Assembly: GCA_963828745.1 (NCBI GenBank)
Contig: CAWHFZ010000006.1
Location: 449,549 to 513,548 of the forward strand
Length of the DNA stretch: 64,000 bases
Source of the DNA: Vicinamibacteria bacterium
Lineage (GTDB): Bacteria > Acidobacteriota > Vicinamibacteria > Vicinamibacterales > JAENWD01
Direction: 5' to 3'
Part shown: positions 1-9,706 of the stretch, piece by piece
How the letters are laid out: each line of letters begins with the position of its first letter
Numbering within the stretch: position 1 is the stretch's first letter
Notes under the pieces: generated by a model
What the model saw: only the letters and a program-made list of their open reading frames with translations
Databases searched by the model: none
What the model was told of the DNA's origin: nothing
Translations under genes and position numbers: made by a program

Positions 1-2873
1 GTAGACCAGGATCAGGTTGAACATGTGCGTGCGATCGAAGTCTGTCAGGCCTTGGTTCAGGTCTCGGTCGTAGAAGAAGTACGAGCCGTCTTCTCGCTCG
101 GCCTTCTGCCACGTGTAGTTCATCTGGTACGAGTAGCCGCCGGCAAACCTGCGGATCAAGCGCGTTTGGACCGAATCGTACCGAGTTGTGTCCACAGTTG
201 CAGAAGAAATCGATGCCTTGTGTCCACCCAAATGCCCCACCGTAGCCGCCCACGGTCGTCGGAAACTGACCCGCAAAAAAGGGACGGCGCTGGTCTCTCG
301 GGATATTCGGGAAGCCTTCGAGCGTGGGATCGTTCACATTGACGGCCGGACCTTCGCCCACAAACGCGTGACGTCCGCGGTTGCCCACGTAGCCGACCTC
401 GACCGACATCACGTCACTCAACTGGCGCTGAACGGTGACGTTGAACGCGTCCACCGAGGGCGGCCGCTGCTTCGGCGGCAGTGCCCGTGTGAACACGCCA
501 TTGGGAAGCGTCAGTTCGCCGTTCGCTGGTACGGCGGGGAACTGTGGCGGATCGGTCCCGAGGCGAGCGTAAACACGCGATCGAAGTTGGACGGCGCATT
601 CAACTGCTGCACCGAGAGCACCGGCAAGTTCTGGGTGACGCTGTGTCCGAAGAGTGTCCCGAACACGCCGATGTCGTAAGAGCGCCCATAGCCGCCGCGG
701 ATGACCGTCTTCTCGTCGAGCTGATACGCCGCACCAAGGCGCGGCGCCCAGTTCAAGTTGTTCTCGACGTTGCCGGCAAGATTGACGTCGCCGACTCCGC
801 CCACGAGAATCTTGCCGGTGTTGAGATCGAGCCAGCCGCCGTTGCCTGCTTCGTTCACTGTCTGCGGGTTGATGACGTCGAGCCGCAGCCCGTAGTTCAG
901 CGTGAGCTTGGGGGTGGCCCGCCAGGTGTCCTGCGCGTAGTAGAAGTGGCGCCACTGCCGCTCCCTGGCGTTGGTGTTCGGGCTGACGTAGCGCACGAAC
1001 TGCGTCACGTCGCCGAGAAGGAATGTCGCCAGACCAAGGCCGCCGGTGCCGGCGAGCGAGGTCCGATCGCCGCTGAACGTCAGCTCGCCCGAGCGGTGGT
1101 TGTCTGACGGAACGCGCAGGTTGTACGCGCGCCGGATGTCGATGCCGAACTTGAAGCTGTGGTTTCCCATCAGCTTCGTGAGGTTGCCCACGGCCTGCCA
1201 CTGCTTTTCGTTCTGGGCCAGCGGACAGTTGCACTGGTTCACGCCTAGGCCGGATCCGGCTTCGAACGCGCTCGGCGACGTGCTGTCGTTGCCTCCGATG
1301 AACAACGACGGCAGCCCGGACGTGAACGTCGTGTCCACATTCAGCCCGGGGATGCCGGCGTCGGCCGCGGGGGTCGTGCCGAAGTCGAACGGCAGCACGT
1401 TGACGTCGTATTCGAACCAGCCAAACCGGAAATCGGCAAGCAGGCTCGACGACAGCGTCTTGTCCACGCCGACAGCCAGGCTCTGGTTCTTGACGTCCGA
1501 AACACCGCCAAGGCTGACGAAATACGGGCCGCCACCCTGCCCGTATGCCGTCGGACCGTTGCGGGTGAACTTGCCGCGGCTGTAACGACCGAAGATATTG
1601 GTCGACTCGTTCAGGCGGTGGTCGACGCGTCCGTCGAACTGATCCGCATCGAAGGTTTCGGCGCCCGATGCCTGGAAATTGTCGCGCGTACCGTTCTCCC
1701 GGCCGGGCAGATTCGGCAGTGGAATGAGCTGGAGGAGGGCCAGCGCCTGTTGCGAAAGCTGACCGCTGGGAATCACGGCGCCTGGAGAACTGCGCTCGCG
1801 CAGCAGGGTTCGCATTGCTCGACGGATCGTAAATGTTGACGCCGTACTCGCTGAGGTTGCCGGTGCGCGCCAGCGCGGTCGGCACGGACCGCAGAACCGA
1901 GCCGCCCTGCGAGCTTCGTGTCCCCTGGTAGTCGCCAAAGAAGAACGACTTGTTCTTCATGATCGGCCCGCCAATGGCCACGCCGAACTGGTTGCGCTTC
2001 GTGTCCGGCAGGCTGTCTTTCGTTGGCTGTGTGAAGGGGTTCCTGGCCTGGAACGCGTCGTTCTGGAAGAACTCGAAGGCGCTACCGTGGAAGTCGTTCG
2101 TGCCCGACTTGGTCTGGATCGAGACAACGCCCGCCGTCGCTTGACCGAACTCCGCGTCGTAATTCTGCGACGTGATCTTGGCTTCACCAATCGATTCAAG
2201 ATTCGGGTTGATGACAATAATCCCGAGAATCGGGATCACGGTTTTCGGTACCATCGAGCTGATAGCCGGTCCCGCTGAAGCTTTGTCCGTTGACCATCGT
2301 CTGCGTGGAACCCTGCGGATTCTCAGACGCCGCGTGCTGCCAGGGGAGCTGCTGTGCACCCGGCGTGAGCAGGATGAACTTGGTGAAGTTCCGATCCAAC
2401 ACCGGCGCTTCGGTGAGCTGCCGCTGATCGAATGTCGTCGACACGTCGGCGCGATCGGTCTTGAGCAGTGGCGATCCGCCCGTGACTTCGACCGTCTCGG
2501 TCAGCTGGCCGACCGCCATCTTCACGTCGAGCGGTGTCTGCGTGTCGACGCTCACCCGCGCCGAGGGCACGACCGCCGTTTTGAAGCCAGACAGCTCTGC
2601 CTTGACCTCGTAATTGCCCGGCAGCAGCCGTTCCTTGACGAAGTGGCCCGATTCGTTAGTGACCACGGTGTCGGCGGTCTTCCGCTCGACGCTCGTGATG
2701 GTTACTGTCACGCCGGGCAGCACAGCGGCGCTTTCGTCGGTGACCGTGCCGGCAATGCTGCCGTACACCGCCTGGGCCGCCGCCTGTTGGGCACCGCATA
2801 AGGCAAGAGCTAGAACAAGCCCAAGACCGGCGAGGTGACGCGGGACGACGCTCCGTCCGCAGACCCGAAACAT
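1..2873 (-). pseudogene. TonB-dependent receptor with carboxypeptidase-regulatory-like N-terminal domain. The 3' end lies beyond the window edge and the reading frame is broken at least 4 times.
   Basis: ATG at 2873 is preceded by AGGAGG. A signal peptide (MFRVCGRS...QQAAAQA) is followed by YGSIAGTVTDESAAVLPGVTVTITS. Plug-like text ILGIIVINPNLESIGEAKITSQNYDAEFGQATAGVVSIQTKSGTNDFHG is readable only after a frame change near 2231. Further frame changes are near 1785, 550 and 185. The pieces match track ORFs 2196..3095 and 511..1938. Confidence 0.85.
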
Positions 2874-3427
2874 ATCCGCCTCCTGATCTCCCGAAGTGCA
2901 ATGAAAGTCGCGGCCGCGTGGTGCGCGAGGAGGGGACATCGAACAAGCAGTCACGTCATGTACGCCTGCATGCGGATGTCGCCGCGCATTCGGTCCCATC
3001 AGACCGATTGGAAGAACACGGCCATTCGTCACCGGTAGACTGGCGACGGCCGATGCTAGGACCCAATTGGTATTACCGTCAAGCCAAAATTGCATTAGCT
3101 CGACGCTGGAGCGCGAAATACAAATCGTTTTAGTAGCGGGATTTTTCGAACTGACGAGATTGACCTCACCGAGCAGAGTTTCAATTGTGGCGCAAAGAGG
3201 TCATGCCATCGCCCGCCGACTCAGCCATTCCCTGCCCGCCGCCACCCCCGATCTTTGTGCCTGGTGCGACGGCCGTGCGGACCGTGTTCGATGCCAGCGT
3301 TGAGGCGCGACCCATCCTTAGCCGCGATCTGTCACGATCGGGTTGCGATGTGAATTGTCAGCGAGCAGACAGACCGGTCGGTTGAAGTCAGGTAGGGTGA
3401 GCGCGTCCACATTTCCGAGGATGAGGT

Positions 3428-3619
3428 ATGCCGTGGCTCGATCGATCTGATCGGTCGTCGTCTCACGCCGTAGCGATTCCGGATTGTCCGCGCTGCCATA
3501 AGACTGTCAGCGTGAGCGAAGTCAAGCTGCAGGACCTCCCCGTTCCTCAAGGCATCCAGTACTGGCGCTGTCAAGTGTGCGGTTTTGTGTGGGTGACGAT
3601 CGAGGGTCGAACCGTCTAA
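3428..3619 (+). CDS. Small zinc-ribbon protein (hypothetical)
   Basis: 63-aa ORF with CPRC...(24 aa)...CQVC cysteine pairs. It lies in a lower-GC intergenic-like region and no homolog is recognised. Confidence 0.35.
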   Translation: MPWLDRSDRSSSHAVAIPDCPRCHKTVSVSEVKLQDLPVPQGIQYWRCQVCGFVWVTIEGRTV

Positions 3620-4117
3620 GGCACCCAAACCCATGTCTCTTCCTCCGCCCGACGGCGTCAGGCTCGAACAGCTCGTCATGATGGGCGCCGTCGTCCTCAT
3701 CGCGCTCGGCATCGCCACCGCGTTCTTCTGGTAGCGGGACGGCAGGCCGACGATTTCAAGGCTCTTGCTGGGCGCGGTCATCATCAACTCGGCGCGTTAC
3801 TGAGTCGATGGCCGGCGCGCCATCCACCGCACTTGCGCCAGTTCCCGAACCTGCGTCCCTGACGCTGCTCGGCCTCGGCCTCGCCGGGATCGGCGCGCGG
3901 CGCTGGCGGCAACGGCACGCGCCTAGGCACGATTCGTCGGCACACCAGCTGTCGACGTCTTCTCGCGCGATGAACGCTTCGGCGCTCTGCCGTCGCGCTC
4001 TGACGTGCAGCCCAAATCGAGCTCCAAGCAGCATCGAAGCTGCGCTGAAGTTTAGCGTTACCGTCAGCGGGGCGGTTCAGGTGGGATCCGTGAACGGCCG
4101 TAGGCAGTTGATGGGCA

Positions 4118-4204
4118 TGCCGGGGGCGGGAATCGAACCCACACGAGGGGTTGGCCCTCCGCGGATTTTAAGTCCGCTGCGTCTGCCAGTTTCGCCACCC
4201 CGGC
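4118..4204 (-). tRNA. tRNA-Leu (anticodon UAA)
   Basis: The reverse complement reads GCCGGGG..GCGGA-CTTAAAA-TCCGC..long variable arm..GGTTCGATTCC..CCCCGGC-A. It has a 7-bp acceptor stem, a 7-nt anticodon loop with TAA, and a class II long variable arm. Confidence 0.9.
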
Positions 4205-4307
4205 ATAAAGAGGTTCAGCCGAGATCGTCCGCGAGCCGTGGAGTCGCACGCTCGCGGGCGAAGCAGCCGTTGAAAGTGCGCTAGGCAGACCTCACGGGTA
4301 TGACGGC

Positions 4308-4673
4308 TTACTCCGCTTTCTTCGCGGCCGTGAAGGTGCCCGTGTACTGCCCGAACTTCCACGTGCCTTTCAGCGCATCGGCCTCGAGCGTGCCGTCGAT
4401 CACGAGGTCGGCGGTGATCCCCGCTTCCGACGACGCGAACGGAAAGCTGAGCGCGAGCTTGCCGTCCTTGAACGTTCCCTTCAATTCCGTCGTGTCCCAG
4501 GTACCGCTCACCAGCTCGCCGTCGGTCTTCATCTCGACGGCCGCTTCGCGCGGACCGCCGTCGGTCTGCAGGTTGAACTGCCACTTTCCGTCGATGGCGC
4601 TCGCCGCCTGCAAAATGGCGGCGACGGCCAACGCGGCAGCCAGTGCGAACACTTTCGGCATCTTTCGCGTCAT
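4308..4673 (-). CDS. Hypothetical secreted protein
   Basis: 121-aa ORF with a clear signal peptide (MTRKMPKVFALAAALAVAAILQAASA) and a beta-rich mature part. Codon third positions are GC-rich. Confidence 0.6.
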   Translation of the reverse strand: MTRKMPKVFALAAALAVAAILQAASAIDGKWQFNLQTDGGPREAAVEMKTDGELVSGTWDTTELKGTFKDGKLALSFPFASSEAGITADLVIDGTLEADALKGTWKFGQYTGTFTAAKKAE

Positions 4674-4728
4674 GGGCGAGGCTCCTGAGGTCCCGCGGCG
4701 ATGCCGCGGACGTCGATGATTGCGTTCG

Positions 4729-4974
4729 CTAATGGTCGGTGACTTCGGTCCAACCGGCGACGATGAGCGGCGACTTGAGGCTCTCGGCGCGCATCAATGC
4801 CGGATCGAGCTCGGTGTGCGTCTCACTGAACACGAGATCGGGGCCGCGTTCCACACCCAGCCAGAAGCCGCCCGGCGGCTCGACGATGAAGCAGTGCAGC
4901 TTGTCCTTGGCACGCTCCAGCCGCCACAACGTGACGGCTTCTCCGCGCAGGCGAGCGAGTTGGCTCTTCAGCAT
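4729..4974 (-). CDS. Hypothetical protein
   Basis: 81-aa ORF that starts 10 nt after the stop of the upstream co-directional ORF. No motif recognised. Confidence 0.4.
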   Translation of the reverse strand: MLKSQLARLRGEAVTLWRLERAKDKLHCFIVEPPGGFWLGVERGPDLVFSETHTELDPALMRAESLKSPLIVAGWTEVTDH

Positions 4975-4984
4975 GAGTGAACGG

Positions 4985-5353
4985 TCAGTGCACGGTTTGC
5001 GCGCCGGGTCCTTTCGCCCGATCCGCCGCCATCACCCGAGCGATCGCCTGCTCCAGAAGCGGCTGGTCGATCGCAAACGGCCCTGCGGCGGCCGCGCCAA
5101 GCTGAATCTCGACGGCCACGGTGTAGCCGCCGCTCTCGAACGGGCTCACGATCCAGCTGAACCCGCGAAGCGCCACCGGACGATTGCGGTCGGCGTTCGG
5201 ATGCCGCGCGCGTTCGATCGCCCGCAACAGCTCTTCGAGCAACCGGCGCACGTCATGATCGGTCCATCGATCGGGCACCGCCAGCGGCGCGTCAACGACA
5301 TCGGTCGTTGCGAAGTCGTTGCCACGCAACCAGACCTCGATCTCGAGCTGCAT
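4985..5353 (-). CDS. Hypothetical protein
   Basis: 122-aa ORF co-directional with its neighbours. No motif recognised. Confidence 0.45.
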   Translation of the reverse strand: MQLEIEVWLRGNDFATTDVVDAPLAVPDRWTDHDVRRLLEELLRAIERARHPNADRNRPVALRGFSWIVSPFESGGYTVAVEIQLGAAAAGPFAIDQPLLEQAIARVMAADRAKGPGAQTVH

Positions 5354-5412
5354 CGATCGATTCTACCCGGCGCCCGGTTGCGGCGGGCATTCTACCCGAG
5401 GTCCGGCCGGCT

Positions 5413-7600
5413 TCAAGTATCAATTGTCTGGCTTGGCGCTCGTTCGTGCGCGTCGAGCGCCTCCAACAGCCCGTCAACGGTCGTCGTGGGCGCCTGACAC
5501 ACGAAGCGTCGGCACACATAGGCGGTTGCCGCCCTCCCGGCGGCGGTCATCGACGCAATGAACGGCAAATGGTCAACCACTTTGCTGCCGCCCGCGCTCG
5601 GATCCAACGCAACCTCGATCGCGAACGGCCGATAGCGCGAAGCGGCCGCCCGCTGCAACGCGTCGAAGTCCGCTGAGCCGGGACGACCGACAATCACGGT
5701 CTGTCCGATTCCGGCGTGCCATGTCGAGAGCGCCGCAGCGACCAGGGGGACCGCCCGCGCCACTTCGCCGAGATTCGCTCCGTAGCGCGCAAGCGCCCGC
5801 TCGATTCGTCGTGTTCGTGCCTCATCCGGCCGGAGGTGCGTGAGTGTCAGCAGGTTCAGGAGTGCCATCGCACCCGCGGACGGCTCGGCGCCGTCATAGT
5901 CTTCCTTCAGCCGCAACAGCACGCTCGGATCGTTGCCCGTCGTGCTGAACCATCCGGCGCTCTCCTCGTCCCAGAAGCGGCGGTCGAGCGCCTCCTGGAG
6001 GGCGTCGGCCCAGGCAAGCCAGCGGACGTTGCCGTCCGCCTGGAATAGCTCGAGGAGCCCGTACGTTGTCGAGGCGTAGTCTTCTGCATAGCCTTCGCCA
6101 CCGCGCTGACCGTCACGGTGACGCCGGTAGAGCACTACCGCCGACGGATCCCAAAGCTCGTCGTAAAGAAACTGCGCGGCGCGCGTCGCGACCGTCCGAT
6201 AGTGTTCCGCGTTCGCTCCGAGACCGAATGCCTCGGCGCGCAACACGCGTGACGCCCGCGCGAAGGCGGCAATCATCAACCCGTTCCACGCGGTCAGCAC
6301 CTTGTCGTCCAGATGGGGCCGTGGCCGCTTCAGCCGCGCGCCAAACAAGGCGACGCGGGCCCGCGCCAGCGCATCGGTCACTGTCTCCTCACGGTCGCCC
6401 AGCGGTGCCTGCGATCTCGGCGACGGATCGCGCCGTATAGAGCAGGTTCTTGCCCACGAATTCTCCCTGCGGATCCGCCGGCGCATTGCCGCTCTCCTCG
6501 ATGCCGAACCGGAGCGCGAACGCATCGTAAGCATCGCCCAACACCTCACGCAGCTCGCTCGCGGCCCACACGTAGAACGCCCCCTCGACGCCGTGCGCGC
6601 CGGGCTGGCCGACCTGCTCTGCGGGAATACTGTCAGCGTCCTCCGCCGAGTAGAAACCGCCGGCGCCACCGGTCAGCTCGCGGGCGACGTACTGCAGCGT
6701 GTCGTCGGCGATCTGCGCGAAGAACCGATCGCCGGTGATCTGCCCCGCTTCGAGATACGCCAGCGCAAGCTGCGCCTGGTCGTACAGCATCTTCTCGAAG
6801 TGCGGGACGCGCCAATCGCCGTCCACCGAGTAGCGATGGAAGCCGCCGCCGACATGATCGCGCATGCCGCCGAGCGCCATCGCACGCAGCGTGTGCAGGG
6901 CCATATCGCGCGCGGACGCCTGGCCGGTGCGGGCATGTTCGCGAAACAGGAACAACAGCTCGCTGGGACGCGGGAACTTGGGTGCATCGCCGAATCCTCC
7001 GCGGCGGGCATCGTAGGCGAGCTCGAATTGCCGCACTCCTCGCGTCAACGAGTCCGCACCGGCCACGCCGGTCGCGCCTTCATTCGGCAGTCGACCGGCC
7101 GCAGTGCGTTGCAGATCTGCGACCAGCGACTCCGCAGACTGCTCGACGCGCGGGCGCTCGTCGCGCCACGCACGCCCGACTGCCTGCAAGACGTCGACGA
7201 ATCCCACTCTTCCCCACCGCGTTTGAGGAGGGAAATATGTCCCGCCAAAGAACGGCTTCAGCGCCGGTGTCAGCCAGACGCTCATCGGCCACCCGCCGGA
7301 CCCTGTCGTCGCCTGCACGAACGTCATGTAGACGCGATCGACGTCAGGACGCTCCTCGCGATCGAGCTTGATCGAGATGAAGTCGCGGTTGAGCACCTCG
7401 GCGACCGCCACACTCTCGAACGACTCGTGCGCCATGACGTGACACCAGTGACACGTCGAATAGCCCACCGAGAGGAAGATCGGCTTGTCCGCTGCGCGGG
7501 CCGCCGCGAAAGCCTCTTCACCCCAGGGATACCAGTCAACGGGATTGTCCGCGTGCTGCAAGAGGTACGGACTCTTCTCGTGCGCCAGACGATTCGGCAT
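5413..7600 (-). pseudogene. Thioredoxin-domain protein of the DUF255 / YyaL (spermatogenesis-associated protein 20-like) family, with one frame break
   Basis: ATG at 7600 gives [31 protein letters not shown]...[11 protein letters not shown]. The frame stops at 6389 and the protein continues in the frame of track ORF 5413..6669 (TDALARARVALFGARLKRPRPHLDDKVLTAWNGLMI...). The break is near 6390-6420. Confidence 0.85.
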
Positions 7601-7613
7601 CCAATCATTATCC

Positions 7614-7676
7614 CCTCGTCCTCCGTCCCTCGTCCTCCGTCCCTCGTCCTTCGTCCTTCGTCCTTCATCTTTCGTC
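7614..7676. repeat. Heptanucleotide tandem repeat, 9 units of YYTCRTC (cctcgtc/ctccgtc/cttcgtc), in a divergent promoter/leader region
   Basis: Direct reading: cctcgtc ctccgtc cctcgtc ctccgtc cctcgtc cttcgtc cttcgtc cttcatc tttcgtc. The top strand is all pyrimidine apart from G/A at one position. Confidence 0.9.
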
Positions 7677-7708
7677 TTTGCCCTCCGAGGTATACACTCC
7701 CAGACCGC

Positions 7709-8263
7709 ATGAGCGAGGGAGAGAGCGTAAGAGCGAAGCGAGTCGCCATCTTGATCGAGGAAGAGTTCGAAGATCTCGCCGTGAACGGCACCGCCGACCA
7801 TTTGCGCGCGGCCGGGCTCGAGGTCGTCCTCGTCGGCCCGGTGGCAGGGGCCACCTACACGGGCCGCCGCGGCGGCCAGGTCGCGGCGACGCTCGCGGCG
7901 GGCAAGGCCCGCGTTCGCGACTTCGACGCGGTCGTCATTCCGGGAGGACACGCACCGGACCGGATGCGCATGCGCCATGCGATGGTCGATCTGGTGCGAG
8001 ATATGGTCGGCGCGGGGAAGCCCGTCGCCGCAATCTGTCACGGACCGCTGCTGCTGATCTCCGTGAACGCGTTGCGTGGTAAGACCGTGACCTGCTGGCC
8101 GTCGATCGCGATCGATGTGAAGAACGCCGGCGGCCTTTACGTCGACAAGCCGGTGGTCGAAGACGGCAACATCATCACGTCCCGAAAGCCGGACGACGTC
8201 GTCGTCTTCACCGAAGCGATCGTGCGCGCTCTCGCACGTGCCGATCAGAATCGTCCGGTCTAG
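7709..8263 (+). CDS. DJ-1/PfpI family protein (type 1 glutamine amidotransferase-like)
   Basis: Internal ATG at 7709 of track ORF 6302..8263. It has the nucleophile-elbow motif AAICHGP and a typical length of about 184 aa. Confidence 0.85.
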   Translation: MSEGESVRAKRVAILIEEEFEDLAVNGTADHLRAAGLEVVLVGPVAGATYTGRRGGQVAATLAAGKARVRDFDAVVIPGGHAPDRMRMRHAMVDLVRDMVGAGKPVAAICHGPLLLISVNALRGKTVTCWPSIAIDVKNAGGLYVDKPVVEDGNIITSRKPDDVVVFTEAIVRALARADQNRPV

Positions 8264-8293
8264 GCGTCGCACAGGCGCTTTCGTCATTGGACC

Positions 8294-9235
8294 ATGCGCA
8301 TCGGAGTCGATCTTGGCGGAACCAAAATCGAGGGCATCGTTCTCGACGAGGCCGGCACGATCCCGTTTCGCGAGCGGCGATCCACGCCAAAGGGCGACTA
8401 CGACGGTACGATTGCCGCGATTGCGGACATCGTCGAAGCGGCCGATCACTTCGCAGGGCATTCCTGTACCGTTGGCATCGGCATGCCCGGGGCGATCTCA
8501 CCCGCTACCGGTCTGGTGAAGAACGCGAACTCCACCTGGCTGAACGCGAGGCGACTCGGGCCAGACCTCGAGGCTCGTCTTCGCCGTCCAGTACGCCTCG
8601 CCAACGATGCCAATTGCTTCGCCCTCTCGGAGGCAAGTGACGGCGCCGCCGCCGGACGACGCGTCGTTTTTGGCGTCATCATCGGCACGGGCTGCGGTGG
8701 CGGGGTCGTCGTCAATGGGGCCGTGCTGACAGGACCCAATGCAATCGCTGGCGAATGGGGCCACAATCCCCTGCCGTGGCCCGAAGATGACGAACGACCC
8801 GGGCCGCCCTGCTATTGCGGCAAGCGCGGTTGCCTCGAGACTTTCATCTCGGGTACCGGGCTCGCTGCAGACTACGCCGCGAAAGAGCGAGGATCGGCCC
8901 GGGTGGACGCCGCAACGGTCGTGGCGCGAGCAGCCGGTGGGGACGCTGTTGCCCGTGGCGCACTCGATCGGTACAGCCATCGCCTCGCAAGAGGCCTGGC
9001 GACGATCGTCAACGTCCTCGATCCTGACGCCATCGTGCTGGGCGGCGGAATGTCGAACGTCGGCGAGCTATACCAGACCGTGCCGCGCCTGCTTCCGGCC
9101 TTCGTTTTCTCCGACCGCGTCGACACGGTCCTGGTGGCGCCCAAACATGGCGATTCCAGCGGCGTTCGCGGCGCTGCCTGGTTGTGGTCACTGGAGGAAG
9201 CAGGCATCTTCGCCAGGAAGGCAGAGATTGCCTGA
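8294..9235 (+). CDS. ROK family sugar kinase (N-acetylglucosamine/fructokinase-like)
   Basis: N-terminal [14 protein letters not shown]-binding motif, GEWGH, and the zinc motif [12 protein letters not shown]. Confidence 0.85.
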   Translation: MRIGVDLGGTKIEGIVLDEAGTIPFRERRSTPKGDYDGTIAAIADIVEAADHFAGHSCTVGIGMPGAISPATGLVKNANSTWLNARRLGPDLEARLRRPVRLANDANCFALSEASDGAAAGRRVVFGVIIGTGCGGGVVVNGAVLTGPNAIAGEWGHNPLPWPEDDERPGPPCYCGKRGCLETFISGTGLAADYAAKERGSARVDAATVVARAAGGDAVARGALDRYSHRLARGLATIVNVLDPDAIVLGGGMSNVGELYQTVPRLLPAFVFSDRVDTVLVAPKHGDSSGVRGAAWLWSLEEAGIFARKAEIA

Positions 9236-9267
9236 AGCCATCGAACTCCGCTAAGCTGCCAACGACC

Positions 9268-9636
9268 ATGTGCGCATTGCGCCTGCGGCTTCGACACTGG
9301 GTCGCCCTGTGGCTCGTCGTTCAGACGACGTCGCTTGCGGCGCTGGTCCCGCGCGATTGCTGCAAGGCGCATCGGCCGGATCCGCAAGACCGGCCGGACG
9401 CGCCGGCCTGCCACAAGAAGGTTGCGGCGCACACCGATAACACGCCGACCTGCAGCATGCGCACCGCGTGTCAGGGGCCGATGGCCGTTCTGGCCTCTCT
9501 GCTCTCGACCCACGGCATCGTGCCCGACGCTCCGGCTCTCCAGCCGCAACTGCCGACAAGCTTCGTCGGACCCGTCGTCATCGAAACCCCGCTCCGCCGC
9601 ATCAACTCGCCCGAAACTCCACCCCCGCGCGCGTAG
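9268..9636 (+). CDS. Small Cys/His-rich exported protein upstream of a TonB-dependent receptor (possibly DUF2946-like)
   Basis: In-frame ATG at 9268 of track ORF 9184..9636. A hydrophobic N-terminus (WVALWLVVQTTSLAAL) is followed by CCKAH, ACHKK and TCSMRTAC. Confidence 0.4.
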   Translation: MCALRLRLRHWVALWLVVQTTSLAALVPRDCCKAHRPDPQDRPDAPACHKKVAAHTDNTPTCSMRTACQGPMAVLASLLSTHGIVPDAPALQPQLPTSFVGPVVIETPLRRINSPETPPPRA

Positions 9637-9706
9637 CCCGCTCCCCTTCCCTGCAAACGAAGACGTGGTGTCGGCGGCGCCTCGCGCCAGCCGGTGGAGT
9701 TTTTCG

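Noticed and set aside
3332-3787. 151-aa minus-strand ORF in the tRNA-flanking region.
   Set aside because: It has no motif and no ribosome-binding site that I could see. It overlaps the more protein-like plus-strand zinc-ribbon ORF.
3000-4117. Search for a direct repeat of the tRNA-Leu 3' end (att-site duplication) marking an integrated element.
   Set aside because: I found no copy of the tRNA 3'-end sequence (gggaatcgaacc-type string) in the flank, and no integrase gene is present.
7614-7676. Short tandem repeats considered as a possible CRISPR array.
   Set aside because: The units are 7 bp and contiguous with no spacers, and no cas genes are present. It is a microsatellite-type repeat.
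6302-8263. 653-aa plus-strand ORF spanning the thioredoxin-domain gene region.
   Set aside because: Only the last 184 codons (from 7709) look like a real protein (DJ-1/PfpI). The rest is antisense to a well-supported minus-strand gene and is Arg/Ala-rich high-GC noise.
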